Of a stretch of DNA of 55,828 bases, positions 35,360 to 43,569 are shown in pieces. The stretch covers positions 78,615-134,442 of the forward strand of contig PFBI01000004.1 of assembly GCA_002773395.1 (NCBI GenBank). The letters run 5' to 3'. This stretch comes from Candidatus Kaiserbacteria bacterium CG10_big_fil_rev_8_21_14_0_10_47_16 (GTDB lineage: Bacteria; Patescibacteriota; Minisyncoccia; Phycocordibacterales; UBA918). Position 1 is the stretch's first letter. Each line of letters starts with the position of its first letter. Made by a program: the position numbers and the translations under genes. Below the pieces are notes generated by a model. That model saw only the letters and a list, made by a program, of their open reading frames with translations, was not told the origin of the DNA and searched no databases.

Positions 35360-35944
35360 ATGAGCGGTGCGTCGAACTTTGGCCAGGATCATGGTCTCAT
35401 CCATGAAGCTGTGATTACCGGCCGCAAAGCCGGCTGGACTTCCTCTGAGTGGGCAAAGCTTGCCCATGACGAGGGTCTGATGCTCCGGATCCGGGAAGTA
35501 ATGCATTCGCGTGCCCGGATAGAATGTAACAACAATATCATCGAGCTCAGTTCGATGCCGAAGGATATTCCTGATAAACTTATGCTTTTTAAGCATCAAG
35601 TAATTCCACGCGAGTGGGTTTGGGATGAGTGCGAAGTTGAACTCAAACTGGTGCCAGGTCAATCTCCAGGCGTTCTCACAGGTCAGGACATCGATAGCAT
35701 CATCCAAAGCTTGGGGTGGAATTGCCTCAATAGCGCTGTCCAGCAATTCCTTCTCGAGAACCAGGCGTTCATTCCTGGGGCGTGGAGGAACTGCAAGATC
35801 TTCTTTTGGGGATCGATATTCACGGATGGTTTCCGGGGATGGGTCCCCTACATGGAGTGGCAGGGTGATATCTGGAGAGGATCCTTCAGAAAGCTGTCAG
35901 AACGGTGGATCGCCCAAGAGCCCGCTGCCGTGTTCACGAGATAA
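35360..35944 (+). CDS. Hypothetical protein (~194 aa), GC-rich, Trp-rich
   Basis: Plus-strand ORF (the track gives 35321..35944). I prefer the ATG at 35360, preceded by GAAAGG. A strong terminator follows directly, so this ORF is favoured over the overlapping minus-strand ORF 35267..35746. Confidence 0.55.
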   Translation: MSGASNFGQDHGLIHEAVITGRKAGWTSSEWAKLAHDEGLMLRIREVMHSRARIECNNNIIELSSMPKDIPDKLMLFKHQVIPREWVWDECEVELKLVPGQSPGVLTGQDIDSIIQSLGWNCLNSAVQQFLLENQAFIPGAWRNCKIFFWGSIFTDGFRGWVPYMEWQGDIWRGSFRKLSERWIAQEPAAVFTR

Positions 35945-35966
35945 CGCTACCGCGACCGCATCAACG

Positions 35967-35999
35967 CCCTCCCCAGCTTCGGCTTGGGGAGGGTTTTTC
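35967..35999 (+). terminator. Rho-independent terminator (CCCTCCCCAGC-TTCG-GCTTGGGGAGGG-T5)
   Basis: GC-rich stem with a UUCG loop and a T5 run, 23 nt after the stop at 35944. Confidence 0.8.
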
Positions 36000-36184
36000 T
36001 TATCTCCGTACTCCGGTTGCAGAATTACAGCAACGTCCTATACTACTATCAGTACAGTTCATGAGGATGGTACGGGATACGCTTGGGTCTTTACAAGGAA
36101 AGTGAGCCGGAAACGGTCCTGTATGATTCTGTTGAGAGCAATCTCTTCAGCAAAGACATTTGTCGCCATCCTCCCTTCTATATA

Positions 36185-36222
36185 AGGCCTGCCAACTCTC
36201 TGGTGGGCCTTTACTCTTTTTT
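36185..36222 (+). terminator. Rho-independent terminator (AGGCCTGCCA-ACTCTC-TGGTGGGCCT-TTACTCTTTTTT)
   Basis: 10-bp stem with two GU pairs. Its flanks TAAGGCCT...GGCCTTTACTCTTTTT are shared with the terminator at 34848. Confidence 0.7.
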
Positions 36223-36432
36223 ATTCTCTTCACGCTCACGCACAATCCGTTCAGCCATCCTCCACAGAATCCGCGTAAGACCTTTCACATTCTCAAGCGC
36301 ATCAAGATGCTCCTCATACGAGGCATCAGGCAGTGCTTCTTGTATGAATGTAGGGATCGACTGTTTCTCTTCCTGCATATACCCCGACTCTACTCCCCTC
36401 ACTTCTACGCGCAAGACGGTGGGGTTTGCCAA
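36211..36432 (-). CDS. Hypothetical protein, 73 aa, acidic and helical
   Basis: ORF 40 nt downstream of the 207-aa ORF on the same strand. The competing plus-strand ORFs would have to read through the terminator at 36185-36222. Confidence 0.5.
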   Translation of the reverse strand: MANPTVLRVEVRGVESGYMQEEKQSIPTFIQEALPDASYEEHLDALENVKGLTRILWRMAERIVREREENKKE

Positions 36433-36472
36433 AGTGCACAGCGTGCAATTGCGGACACGCTCTTGTCTATAT

Positions 36473-37096
36473 TTACCCTAGTAAATCCTTATATCCTGCT
36501 AATTCTTTGAGTTTATTCCACAATGGAGTTGTGGTAATTAGGTTAGTTGAACTGAGATGTCTATCCATCTGGGTCTTTATTCCAGCAGGCGAGTAGGAAC
36601 TTGTGTTCTCAAAATACAAGGAAAGACTCTGCTCAATCTGTTCTTTGTAATCATCGTCCTCGATCGTAGGATTCTTAAACGCATATTGGGCAGCTAACTG
36701 TTCGTTTTGCCTAGCCCTTTCCTCTGTCGTGATCCAAAAAAAGTTATGATTCTTTTCAATGTATCTCTCGAGTGACTCACATTTCTTAAAATACTCGTTA
36801 AGCTGATCGTACTCGTCGTTTGTAAGTTTCTTTATAAACAAATGTGAATATCGCGCCCAACCTTTGTACGGTGTGAGTCGGATGAGGTCAGTAGAGTAAT
36901 TCCCGCCGGCATTTTTAATCTCTAAGAGTGACCGAATCACCCTCTCAGATTCTTTAATTTCTAAAATAATAATGCGAACTCCATTTTGAAGTTCATCTGC
37001 CTTGCTTGCTCGATAAATGATATAAGCAACTACTGCAGTAAGAATGGTCGCAAATGTCGCCGCTTGAGTGGTCAGTATATAAGTAAGTGTTTCCAT
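36473..37096 (-). CDS. Hypothetical protein, 207 aa, N-terminal TM helix, AT-rich
   Basis: TQAATFATILTAVVAYIIY forms the TM helix and the rest is a helical domain. A sampled line gives about 30% GC. No family was recognised. Confidence 0.6.
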   Translation of the reverse strand: METLTYILTTQAATFATILTAVVAYIIYRASKADELQNGVRIIILEIKESERVIRSLLEIKNAGGNYSTDLIRLTPYKGWARYSHLFIKKLTNDEYDQLNEYFKKCESLERYIEKNHNFFWITTEERARQNEQLAAQYAFKNPTIEDDDYKEQIEQSLSLYFENTSSYSPAGIKTQMDRHLSSTNLITTTPLWNKLKELAGYKDLLG

Positions 37097-37193
37097 AAAT
37101 AAAGAGTAGTTTATTTCATGAAGATGTAAATGGAACTGTACTACTAGGAAACGGATATGCGACGGTAGTCAAGGACACGCGTGTTGTGTCATC

Positions 37194-37222
37194 AAAAACG
37201 ACCGCTTTGAGCGGTCGCTTTT
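37194..37222 (-). terminator. Terminator downstream of tRNA-Ala (A5-CGACCGC-TTTGA-GCGGTCG-CTTTT)
   Basis: 7-bp stem checked by hand, with T runs on both strands. Confidence 0.65.
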
Positions 37223-37290
37223 GTGTAGACGTGAGATGTTACCAATTTGGCAAAATCTCCAGTCTCGACAAAACCTTAAAATATTGTGTG

Positions 37291-37365
37291 TGGACCCGAC
37301 TGGGCTCGAACCAGCGACCTCCTGAGTGCAAAACAGGTGCTCTAGCCAAACTGAGCTACGGGCCC
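37291..37365 (-). tRNA. tRNA-Ala (anticodon UGC)
   Basis: Hand-folded: acceptor GGGCCCG/CGGGTCC with the G3:U70 Ala identity pair, D stem GCTC/GAGC, anticodon loop TTTGCAC, T arm GCTGG-TTCGAGC-CCAGT, discriminator A. CCA is not encoded. Confidence 0.9.
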
Positions 37366-37483
37366 AAGTGAGATCAAGGAAATCATTGGGTTGAGGGAAT
37401 TCTATGCACGTATTTCCTCAAGTGAGAGCTATGATACGGCATATTGGGAACAAGTCAACCGTGGAAGTTCGAGTAAGTCCTCC

Positions 37484-38140
37484 TTAGTTGCATCTGAGTG
37501 CCGTGAGACACTGTGTCCGCGCGCCGGTATCAGAAATTTGTGCACATGCGCCACATTGGTTCTCAGTATTTCCGTTCGTACCCATCATCATTCCCTGCAT
37601 GAGCTCTGCTTGTGTTTTGAACTCAATAGCTGCCGGTGGCGTAAATTCAGATTCATCAACGGTCCACGGACGGCAGTCATACTCAATATGTTGATTGAGA
37701 TCAACGCCCTGTGAAGCATTTGTATCCCCTGTTTCTCCTTCTGTTGCTGTGCTCATTTTGAGCGCAGTGATACCTCCTGGGGTGAGTGTCCAACTATAGA
37801 GCATTTCATCTTGGTGGATGAAGTGAGATTCGAACGTGTTGTCTTTTGTCTCGATGGTAAAGTCCCCACGTACTCGATTTTGTGCAATATAACTGGTACC
37901 GGTAACGACAGAGTTTTCATCGCTATAGGTAACGTCACATACTGCAGTGTGTCCAAGATTGAGAAGATCTCTGAAGCTGCCGCTTCCTGAGAATGGTGTT
38001 TCAGGGTCAGTATCGGAAGCATCCGTATCAGTGTTTACTTGTTCAGTGGGAGTACTTTTATGCTTTACGACGTATACACCTCCGCCAATAAGAACAACAG
38101 CAAGGATTGCGATGATGATTGTCTGAGGTAATCCAAACAT
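37484..38140 (-). CDS. Hypothetical secreted or membrane-anchored protein with a Cys-rich C-terminus
   Basis: I place the start at MFGLPQTIIIAILAVVLIGGGVYVV (ATG 38140). The longer track ORF would overlap the upstream gene by 82 nt. Confidence 0.55.
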   Translation of the reverse strand: MFGLPQTIIIAILAVVLIGGGVYVVKHKSTPTEQVNTDTDASDTDPETPFSGSGSFRDLLNLGHTAVCDVTYSDENSVVTGTSYIAQNRVRGDFTIETKDNTFESHFIHQDEMLYSWTLTPGGITALKMSTATEGETGDTNASQGVDLNQHIEYDCRPWTVDESEFTPPAAIEFKTQAELMQGMMMGTNGNTENQCGACAQISDTGARTQCLTALRCN

Positions 38141-38157
38141 AGTACGGAAAATTAGTT

Positions 38158-38574
38158 CTAACCCCAGAGTCCAAGAATGAGACCAAAACAGATAAAGAGC
38201 ACGAGCTGGTAGCCTCCTTGAATAAGGAAACGAGCCCATGAGATTTTTGCGGAATCGTTATTCCACATTGATGCTGCAGCGAGGGTTGGCATAATGAAAC
38301 CAAAGAAAATCCAAAGAGATGTCTCAACGCCAGTTGCATTCACCCACCCCTTCACAAAGTGCGCAAGAATATAAACTTGAAACAGGACTAACAGAAATTG
38401 TACGCCGTAGAGTGGGAGTGCTTTGCGTTGCATCTCCTTTCGTTTTTCGACATCCATTTCAGTGGCACCAATAACCTTCATCCACATTTTTCCGAAGATT
38501 GGTCCATACCAAAGTGCCCCGAGTACCATCGCGAGAACGCCGCACGCAAGTATTGCAATATAGTGTATTTCCAT
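38158..38574 (-). CDS. DUF1761 family membrane protein
   Basis: 138-aa ORF. ILACGVLAMVLGALWYGPIFGKMW is typical of DUF1761, and there are 4 TM helices. Confidence 0.65.
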   Translation of the reverse strand: MEIHYIAILACGVLAMVLGALWYGPIFGKMWMKVIGATEMDVEKRKEMQRKALPLYGVQFLLVLFQVYILAHFVKGWVNATGVETSLWIFFGFIMPTLAAASMWNNDSAKISWARFLIQGGYQLVLFICFGLILGLWG

Positions 38575-38614
38575 AGCAGAGAACTATGATGAGTAATACG
38601 TACAGTATATCACG

Positions 38615-39793
38615 CTAGTGGTGGTGGCTATGATCAGCAAGGTGAGCTTTTTCGGCAGCAAGAATAGTCTCTGAAACAGGTACTGCTGTGGGGCGGACAA
38701 GGAAATATGTTGCCACAAATGTGGTCACAGGAACCACAAGAATCACACCAACACTACCTACGATTGTTCGTATAATCTCAGCGGCGATTACTTCTTGATT
38801 GAAAATCATCAATATATCTGCGTCAGTGGTTGCAAACAAAAGAAGGAGTGGTAATGAGGCACCTACATATGCAATTGCAAGAGTGTTAATGAGGGCGCCG
38901 ATGTGTTCGCGACCGATACGGAGTGCCCGCGTATAAATAGTTCGACGTGATACGTGTGGGGCAAGTCTGTGAAGCTCTTCAACAGACACAGCTTGTCCGA
39001 TAGCGGCATCATACATGACACCGAGAAGTCCAATAAGAATACTCCCCATAAGAAGACCGACAAAATCAATGCTACCGCGTGTATTGAAGTTTAGTGCAAC
39101 CGTTTCTTCTGCACTGAATCCAGTAAGGTGAGATGTGTGGACTGATATGTATGCAAGAATACCGGTTACGATAACCGTAAGTACCATACCGAGTACTGCG
39201 GTTGAGGTTGTTTTGGTAAAACCATGTGTGATGTATGAACCGACGGTGACGATTAGGGATGCGACGATGACGCTGATTATGATTGGCGAATATCCTGCAA
39301 GAATCGCAGGCAAAAGTACGTAGAAAATAAGAATTAAACTTCCTGCGAGGGAGGCGAGTCCGCGCAATCCCTGTATACCGCCAAAAACGAATACCACTAC
39401 AAGAAAGAGTAATAGAAAGACAAAGAGTGCAGGAAGGCGGTATGGTTCAGAAACAGAATAATAATCGCGCCCGTCGTAGATACTTACCGTGTGCCGCAGG
39501 TAGAACGTGTCTCCTTCCTGTAAGTTAAGGTAGTCATTTTCTACAATGACAATGTCACCTTCCTGCGTGCCGTCAAGAATTTTGACACGAATGGTTTGGA
39601 AGGCACTTTCTGTGTCTGTACCAGGAATTGTCTGTATTCCCTCCTCTAGTACCTCCACCACACGAGCCTTCATGGTGGCGGTTTCATCGAGTGATACTTC
39701 TTGAGCGTTCGAGAGCGGTGGACATACGGTGAACACAAAGAGCATGAGACAGAGGCCCATCACTCCTTTGAAAAGCAAACTATACGCAGTCAT
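38615..39793 (-). CDS. YibE/F-like polytopic membrane protein with a His-rich tail
   Basis: 392-aa ORF with a signal/TM helix plus a soluble N-domain, then about 7 TM helices. The C-terminus is HLADHSHHH. It lies downstream of zur and ZIP. Confidence 0.5.
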   Translation of the reverse strand: MTAYSLLFKGVMGLCLMLFVFTVCPPLSNAQEVSLDETATMKARVVEVLEEGIQTIPGTDTESAFQTIRVKILDGTQEGDIVIVENDYLNLQEGDTFYLRHTVSIYDGRDYYSVSEPYRLPALFVFLLLFLVVVFVFGGIQGLRGLASLAGSLILIFYVLLPAILAGYSPIIISVIVASLIVTVGSYITHGFTKTTSTAVLGMVLTVIVTGILAYISVHTSHLTGFSAEETVALNFNTRGSIDFVGLLMGSILIGLLGVMYDAAIGQAVSVEELHRLAPHVSRRTIYTRALRIGREHIGALINTLAIAYVGASLPLLLLFATTDADILMIFNQEVIAAEIIRTIVGSVGVILVVPVTTFVATYFLVRPTAVPVSETILAAEKAHLADHSHHH

Positions 39794-39823
39794 AAATGAC
39801 AGTATAGCAAAGTATATGTGCGT

Positions 39824-40546
39824 TTAGTGGGCTGGTCCAAATTGAATTGCTACGAAGATAAGAAGCATTCCAGCAAGCGTAGCAAGTGTCGTCCAAATAA
39901 CCGGATGACGGTGATGACTTTCCGGAAGAAGATCACTCGCGCCAATATAGATAAAGAATCCAGCAAAGAGCGCGAGCATAAGCCCAATCATTTCTTCCGG
40001 AAGGAAAAAGAATTGCGCCACGATAATACCCGCAACTGGTGCAAGTGCATCAAGAGCGAGCCATATATACGCACGACTTTTTTCGCCACCGCTGCGAAGA
40101 ATCATACTCACGGTATTGATTCCGTCAGAAAAATTATGAAACAGTACCGCTGCAGCAACCGTAAGTCCAAGTGTTGGTGATACCGCAAACGCGAGTCCGA
40201 TACCAATACCATCAATAAAGCTGTGGAATACAATGCTCCCCGCACTAAATGCCCCACGTGGACTATGGTCGTGGGTGTCGTCATTGTGACTGTGTTTCCA
40301 TACGAATCGGTCAAGAAGCAGAAAGATAACAAAACCGATGGCGATAAGTGTGGTTACAAAATGTACTTCATACATTTCCCCTACGATTTCAATTGATTCT
40401 GGAAGGAGGTCGAAGAATGCAACGGCAAGAATAGCGCCTGCACTAAAACCAAGGACGAGGTGGAGTTGATCGCGGAGTTTGAGTGCAAAAAGTCCTCCAA
40501 GAAATGTGGAGATGAAGGCCGCGGCGCTAATACCAATAAGTAACAT
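39824..40546 (-). CDS. zupT: ZIP family metal (zinc) transporter
   Basis: 240-aa ORF with HSFIDGIGIG, HNFSDGI and a His-rich loop HSHNDDTHDH. Confidence 0.8.
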   Translation of the reverse strand: MLLIGISAAAFISTFLGGLFALKLRDQLHLVLGFSAGAILAVAFFDLLPESIEIVGEMYEVHFVTTLIAIGFVIFLLLDRFVWKHSHNDDTHDHSPRGAFSAGSIVFHSFIDGIGIGLAFAVSPTLGLTVAAAVLFHNFSDGINTVSMILRSGGEKSRAYIWLALDALAPVAGIIVAQFFFLPEEMIGLMLALFAGFFIYIGASDLLPESHHRHPVIWTTLATLAGMLLIFVAIQFGPAH

Positions 40547-40557
40547 AGTAGGATAAT

Positions 40558-41028
40558 TTAATTTTTAATATGATGCAGGTGAGGTACGCATGATGTACAG
40601 GTTCCAAAGAACTCGAGTGCATGGGTGTCTAACCTATGGAAAAACTTTGATGCGTGGAGCGCCTCTTTTTCGAGAGAATCGTCATGACAAAGTTCAATAT
40701 CTTCAATGCGTCCACAATCAGTACATACAACATGATGGTGATGATGTTCCTCATCACGAAGTTCGTAGTAGGGTGTTTCATCTCCAAGGTTAACACGCAT
40801 AAGAATGCCTGCAGCAAGCAAGCGCTCAACTGTTCGATAGAGTGTTGCAAGGTGTGCATCAGTGCGAATCGTTTGTTCGAGTGTGTCTATACTAATCGGC
40901 TTTGATGATCCTAAAAAAACTTCAAGAATCGCAATGCGTGACCCTGTTGCTTTCAGTCCTGCATGTTGCAGTAATTGTGTTGAGTGAGCATCGGTATCGC
41001 ATCTCCCTCCGTCTGTATGGTCTGTCAT
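40558..41028 (-). CDS. zur: Fur-family regulator, probably Zur
   Basis: 156-aa ORF with a wHTH domain, then HHHHVVCTDCG...CTSC (two CxxC pairs). It lies directly upstream of the ZIP transporter. Confidence 0.8.
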   Translation of the reverse strand: MTDHTDGGRCDTDAHSTQLLQHAGLKATGSRIAILEVFLGSSKPISIDTLEQTIRTDAHLATLYRTVERLLAAGILMRVNLGDETPYYELRDEEHHHHHVVCTDCGRIEDIELCHDDSLEKEALHASKFFHRLDTHALEFFGTCTSCVPHLHHIKN

Positions 41029-41043
41029 ATGGAGAGGATATCA

Positions 41044-41066
41044 TAATTGCGAAAAATTCGCAATTA
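41044..41066. promoter_or_regulatory. Zur/Fur-box-like palindrome TAATTGCGAA-AAA-TTCGCAATTA
   Basis: Perfect 10-bp arms located 16 nt upstream of the zur start codon. Confidence 0.65.
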
Positions 41067-41108
41067 GATAAGACATAGAATATCGTGCAATGCTTTAGGA
41101 ACCTCGTG

Positions 41109-42566
41109 TTACTTCTTCTTCGCCAAATCGAGCGTTTGGTCGATGCGAATCTTTTCAACAAAGTCTGGCACGTGGGATACCAGTATCATCGTACCTTCGT
41201 AGGTATTGAGCGCTTCTGCGATAACGGGAATGTGACGGAAGTTGATGTGGTTGGTTGGCTCGTCGAGAATCAAAAGTCCGGGCTTCTGGAGCGTGAGCTG
41301 CGCAAACGCCACGAGACCCTTCTGCCCTTCTGAGAGCGAACCGATTTTTGTATGAATAACGTCTTTTGTCAGCAAGAAGCCTGATGCGACACTTCGCATA
41401 TCTTCTTCAATTTTCTTGTCCATGGCGTTCATCAGACAGTCGAATACCGTTTCGTCGAAGTTGAGTGTTGAGAAATCCTGTCGGTAGTAACCAATCTTTA
41501 CTTCAGGAGCAACATGTTCACCCTTTGCGTGACCACTCGCAAGAGCCTCAAGAAGGGTACTTTTTCCGATACCGTTTGGTCCCACAATCTGGAGATGTTC
41601 TCCACGCTTGAGCACGAGGTCTGCTTTTTGCTCCTTCGGGGTGTGATCTTTGATAACGCTGTATGAGGTAATGTGCAGAATCTGCACAGGCAAATCTTTT
41701 TGTGCAGGAATGGTAAAGGGTCGAATCGTACGATCTTCTTTTCGGACATCTACTTTATTTTCCTCATATTCTTCAACCTTCTCACGCATACGCTTTGCAA
41801 CGAGTCGCATCTGCCCTCCTTTGTTGGCGAAGAAGTTTGCTTTATCTTTGTTTGCTTGAATTTCCTTTGCGAGCTGTGCGTTCTTTCGTTGCTCTTTTTC
41901 TACACGAATAGTAATTTCGCGGAGTACGTCGTGATAGTTTCCGTCGTACTGTTCAATGATGTGTGTGTGGACATCAAGATAGAGAACGCCTTGGGTAAAC
42001 GCGTTGAGAAACTCGGCATCGTGAGAAATAACGACGACGGTCTTTCGGTACTCACGCAAAAATTCGGTGAGGTGTGCGATGCCCTCTACATCAAGATTGT
42101 TCGTCGGCTCATCAAGAAGGAGTACGTCAGGATCTTGAATGAGCGCCGACGCAAGCAAGAGACGAGCTTGCTGTCCGCCGGAAAATGATCGAATGATACG
42201 GTCTTTCGGCGCGTTAAGGTGCACAATCCCAAGAACGGTATCAATGCGTGGGTCAATATCATAAATCTTCTCAGAAAAGCACTTTTCAAAAAACGCTCGG
42301 ACGGTGAGATCGAGTTCATCACGAGGGATGACCTGTCGCGAGGTTGCAACGGTCGTGCGTGGCATGACGTTAATTTCCCCTGACTCCGGTGTATAGCTGC
42401 CGGTAATAAGGCCGAAGAGCGTACTCTTCCCTGCCCCGTTCTGCCCCATGAGCGCCATTTTCGAACCACGGCGTAACGCAAAATTAGCTCCGACCAAAAT
42501 CGGTTTGTTGTGCGTGTATCCAAAGGAGACATCGCGGAATGTGATAATACCGTCGTTTCGAGACAT
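41109..42566 (-). CDS. ABC-F family ATPase (two ABC domains, no TM domain)
   Basis: 485-aa ORF with two Walker A motifs (GQNGAGKST, GPNGIGKST), two signatures (FSGGQQ, LSEGQK) and an inter-domain linker. Confidence 0.85.
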   Translation of the reverse strand: MSRNDGIITFRDVSFGYTHNKPILVGANFALRRGSKMALMGQNGAGKSTLFGLITGSYTPESGEINVMPRTTVATSRQVIPRDELDLTVRAFFEKCFSEKIYDIDPRIDTVLGIVHLNAPKDRIIRSFSGGQQARLLLASALIQDPDVLLLDEPTNNLDVEGIAHLTEFLREYRKTVVVISHDAEFLNAFTQGVLYLDVHTHIIEQYDGNYHDVLREITIRVEKEQRKNAQLAKEIQANKDKANFFANKGGQMRLVAKRMREKVEEYEENKVDVRKEDRTIRPFTIPAQKDLPVQILHITSYSVIKDHTPKEQKADLVLKRGEHLQIVGPNGIGKSTLLEALASGHAKGEHVAPEVKIGYYRQDFSTLNFDETVFDCLMNAMDKKIEEDMRSVASGFLLTKDVIHTKIGSLSEGQKGLVAFAQLTLQKPGLLILDEPTNHINFRHIPVIAEALNTYEGTMILVSHVPDFVEKIRIDQTLDLAKKK

Positions 42567-42592
42567 GAGTGACTAGCCTATCATTTTTAGCG

Positions 42593-42865
42593 CTATATCG
42601 AAAGCGTTGCAATTAAGGTTTCTTTTTCTGCGCGCGTGAGTTGCTTGATTTCGTATTCCCGCGAAAGTGCCGCACCTTTCGTCGACGCCTCTTCTTGGTA
42701 GACAAGATGCACTGGTCGTCGAGCTTTCGTGTACTTTGCGGCAGTATCTTTCGTGTTGTGTGCCTCTACCCGAGCGGTAAGATTGTTGGTAGTTCCCGTG
42801 TAGTAGGTCCCGTCAGCGCACTTGAGGATGTACACGAAATAGAGAGATGTGTTGGTCTCGTTCAT
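42593..42865 (-). CDS. GIY-YIG domain protein (UPF0213-like)
   Basis: 90-aa ORF from MNETN. YFVYILKCADGTYYTGTTNNLTARVEAHN is present. The upstream part of track ORF 42593..43141 overlaps the SGNH gene and looks non-coding. Confidence 0.8.
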   Translation of the reverse strand: MNETNTSLYFVYILKCADGTYYTGTTNNLTARVEAHNTKDTAAKYTKARRPVHLVYQEEASTKGAALSREYEIKQLTRAEKETLIATLSI

Positions 42866-42867
42866 AA

Positions 42868-43569
42868 TTACGGTAAAGGAATTGTCTGGAACCACAGTTT
42901 GTATCCTGCTGAAGAAGGATGTAATCCATCCTCCGCAAGGTACACCTCCGGCTCTTTGGTAAACGGATCCTCTGCAGGTGGAAGGTATAAATTGACGTAT
43001 ATGCCGCCAATGTCTGTCACCACAGTCTCGAAGACATCGTGGTATCGAAGATTGAGACGGGTATGGAATGGACGTATGACACGCGGGAAGAGCGTGGCAG
43101 CGCCGACATTGCCTGCAGAGAGAAGGTACAAATTTTCCCACGTAGGTAACTGCGACAACATGCGTGCGAGTTCGTCTCCTGCAGCGCGAGCATTATGAAA
43201 TGCAATAATATCGTTTCCGCCAATCTGTATCAAAACGTACGTGTAGTCTTGCCGCGTAATGTGTTGCATTTGAGAAGCAAGATCAGCGACTGTTGCTCCT
43301 GAGACTGAATAATTTTCAACGTAGGTCGCACCGACGTGTTGTGCGAATTGCCCTGCAACTGAATCAAGAGGACGAGTTGCACCAACACCAACTCCGGTGC
43401 TGTCACCGAGTACGAGGAGTGTCGTGGTGTAGTCCGTACTTTCAAGCGAATACGGTTGTGCATGCGCCACGAGTGTTCGTGACGTACGTATCTGTTGGTA
43501 AAAAGAAACGCTTGAGTAAATAAGAACAACAACGACGATACCGATTCCGATAAGAAGGGCGTTACTCAT
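42868..43569 (-). CDS. SGNH/GDSL hydrolase, membrane-anchored
   Basis: The start at MSNALLIGIGIVVVV (ATG 43569) overlaps the upstream stop (ATGAGTAA). The motif blocks are LVLGDSTG, IQIGGNDI and DGLHPS. Confidence 0.75.
   Translation of the reverse strand: MSNALLIGIGIVVVVLIYSSVSFYQQIRTSRTLVAHAQPYSLESTDYTTTLLVLGDSTGVGVGATRPLDSVAGQFAQHVGATYVENYSVSGATVADLASQMQHITRQDYTYVLIQIGGNDIIAFHNARAAGDELARMLSQLPTWENLYLLSAGNVGAATLFPRVIRPFHTRLNLRYHDVFETVVTDIGGIYVNLYLPPAEDPFTKEPEVYLAEDGLHPSSAGYKLWFQTIPLP

Larger units (their letters stand above)
35057..37296. mobile_element. Putative integrated islet downstream of tRNA-Ala, bounded by the 11-bp direct repeat GTGTGTGGACC (35057-35067 and 37286-37296)
   Basis: The right repeat includes the last 6 nt of the tRNA-Ala gene. 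The content is orphan genes of two different compositions (about 58% and about 30% GC in sampled lines). No integrase is present. Confidence 0.4.

Noticed and set aside
35267-35746. 159-aa minus-strand ORF overlapping the 35360..35944 plus-strand ORF
   Set aside because: The plus-strand ORF is longer, has a GAAAGG upstream of its ATG, and is followed at once by a strong plus-strand terminator. No comparable signals support the minus-strand ORF. This remains a judgement call without homology data.
35625-36510. Plus-strand ORFs 35625..36185, 35905..36105, 36083..36481 and 36160..36510
   Set aside because: They read through one or both strong plus-strand terminators (35967-35999 and 36185-36222). 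Their products are Ser/Arg/Pro-rich and out of frame with the better-supported genes.
37186-37371. 61-aa plus-strand ORF
   Set aside because: It overlaps the tRNA-Ala gene and its terminator.
42866-43141. N-terminal 92 codons of track ORF 42593..43141
   Set aside because: This part overlaps the SGNH hydrolase gene in another frame and is Cys/Arg-rich. The recognisable GIY-YIG domain starts at the internal ATG at 42865.
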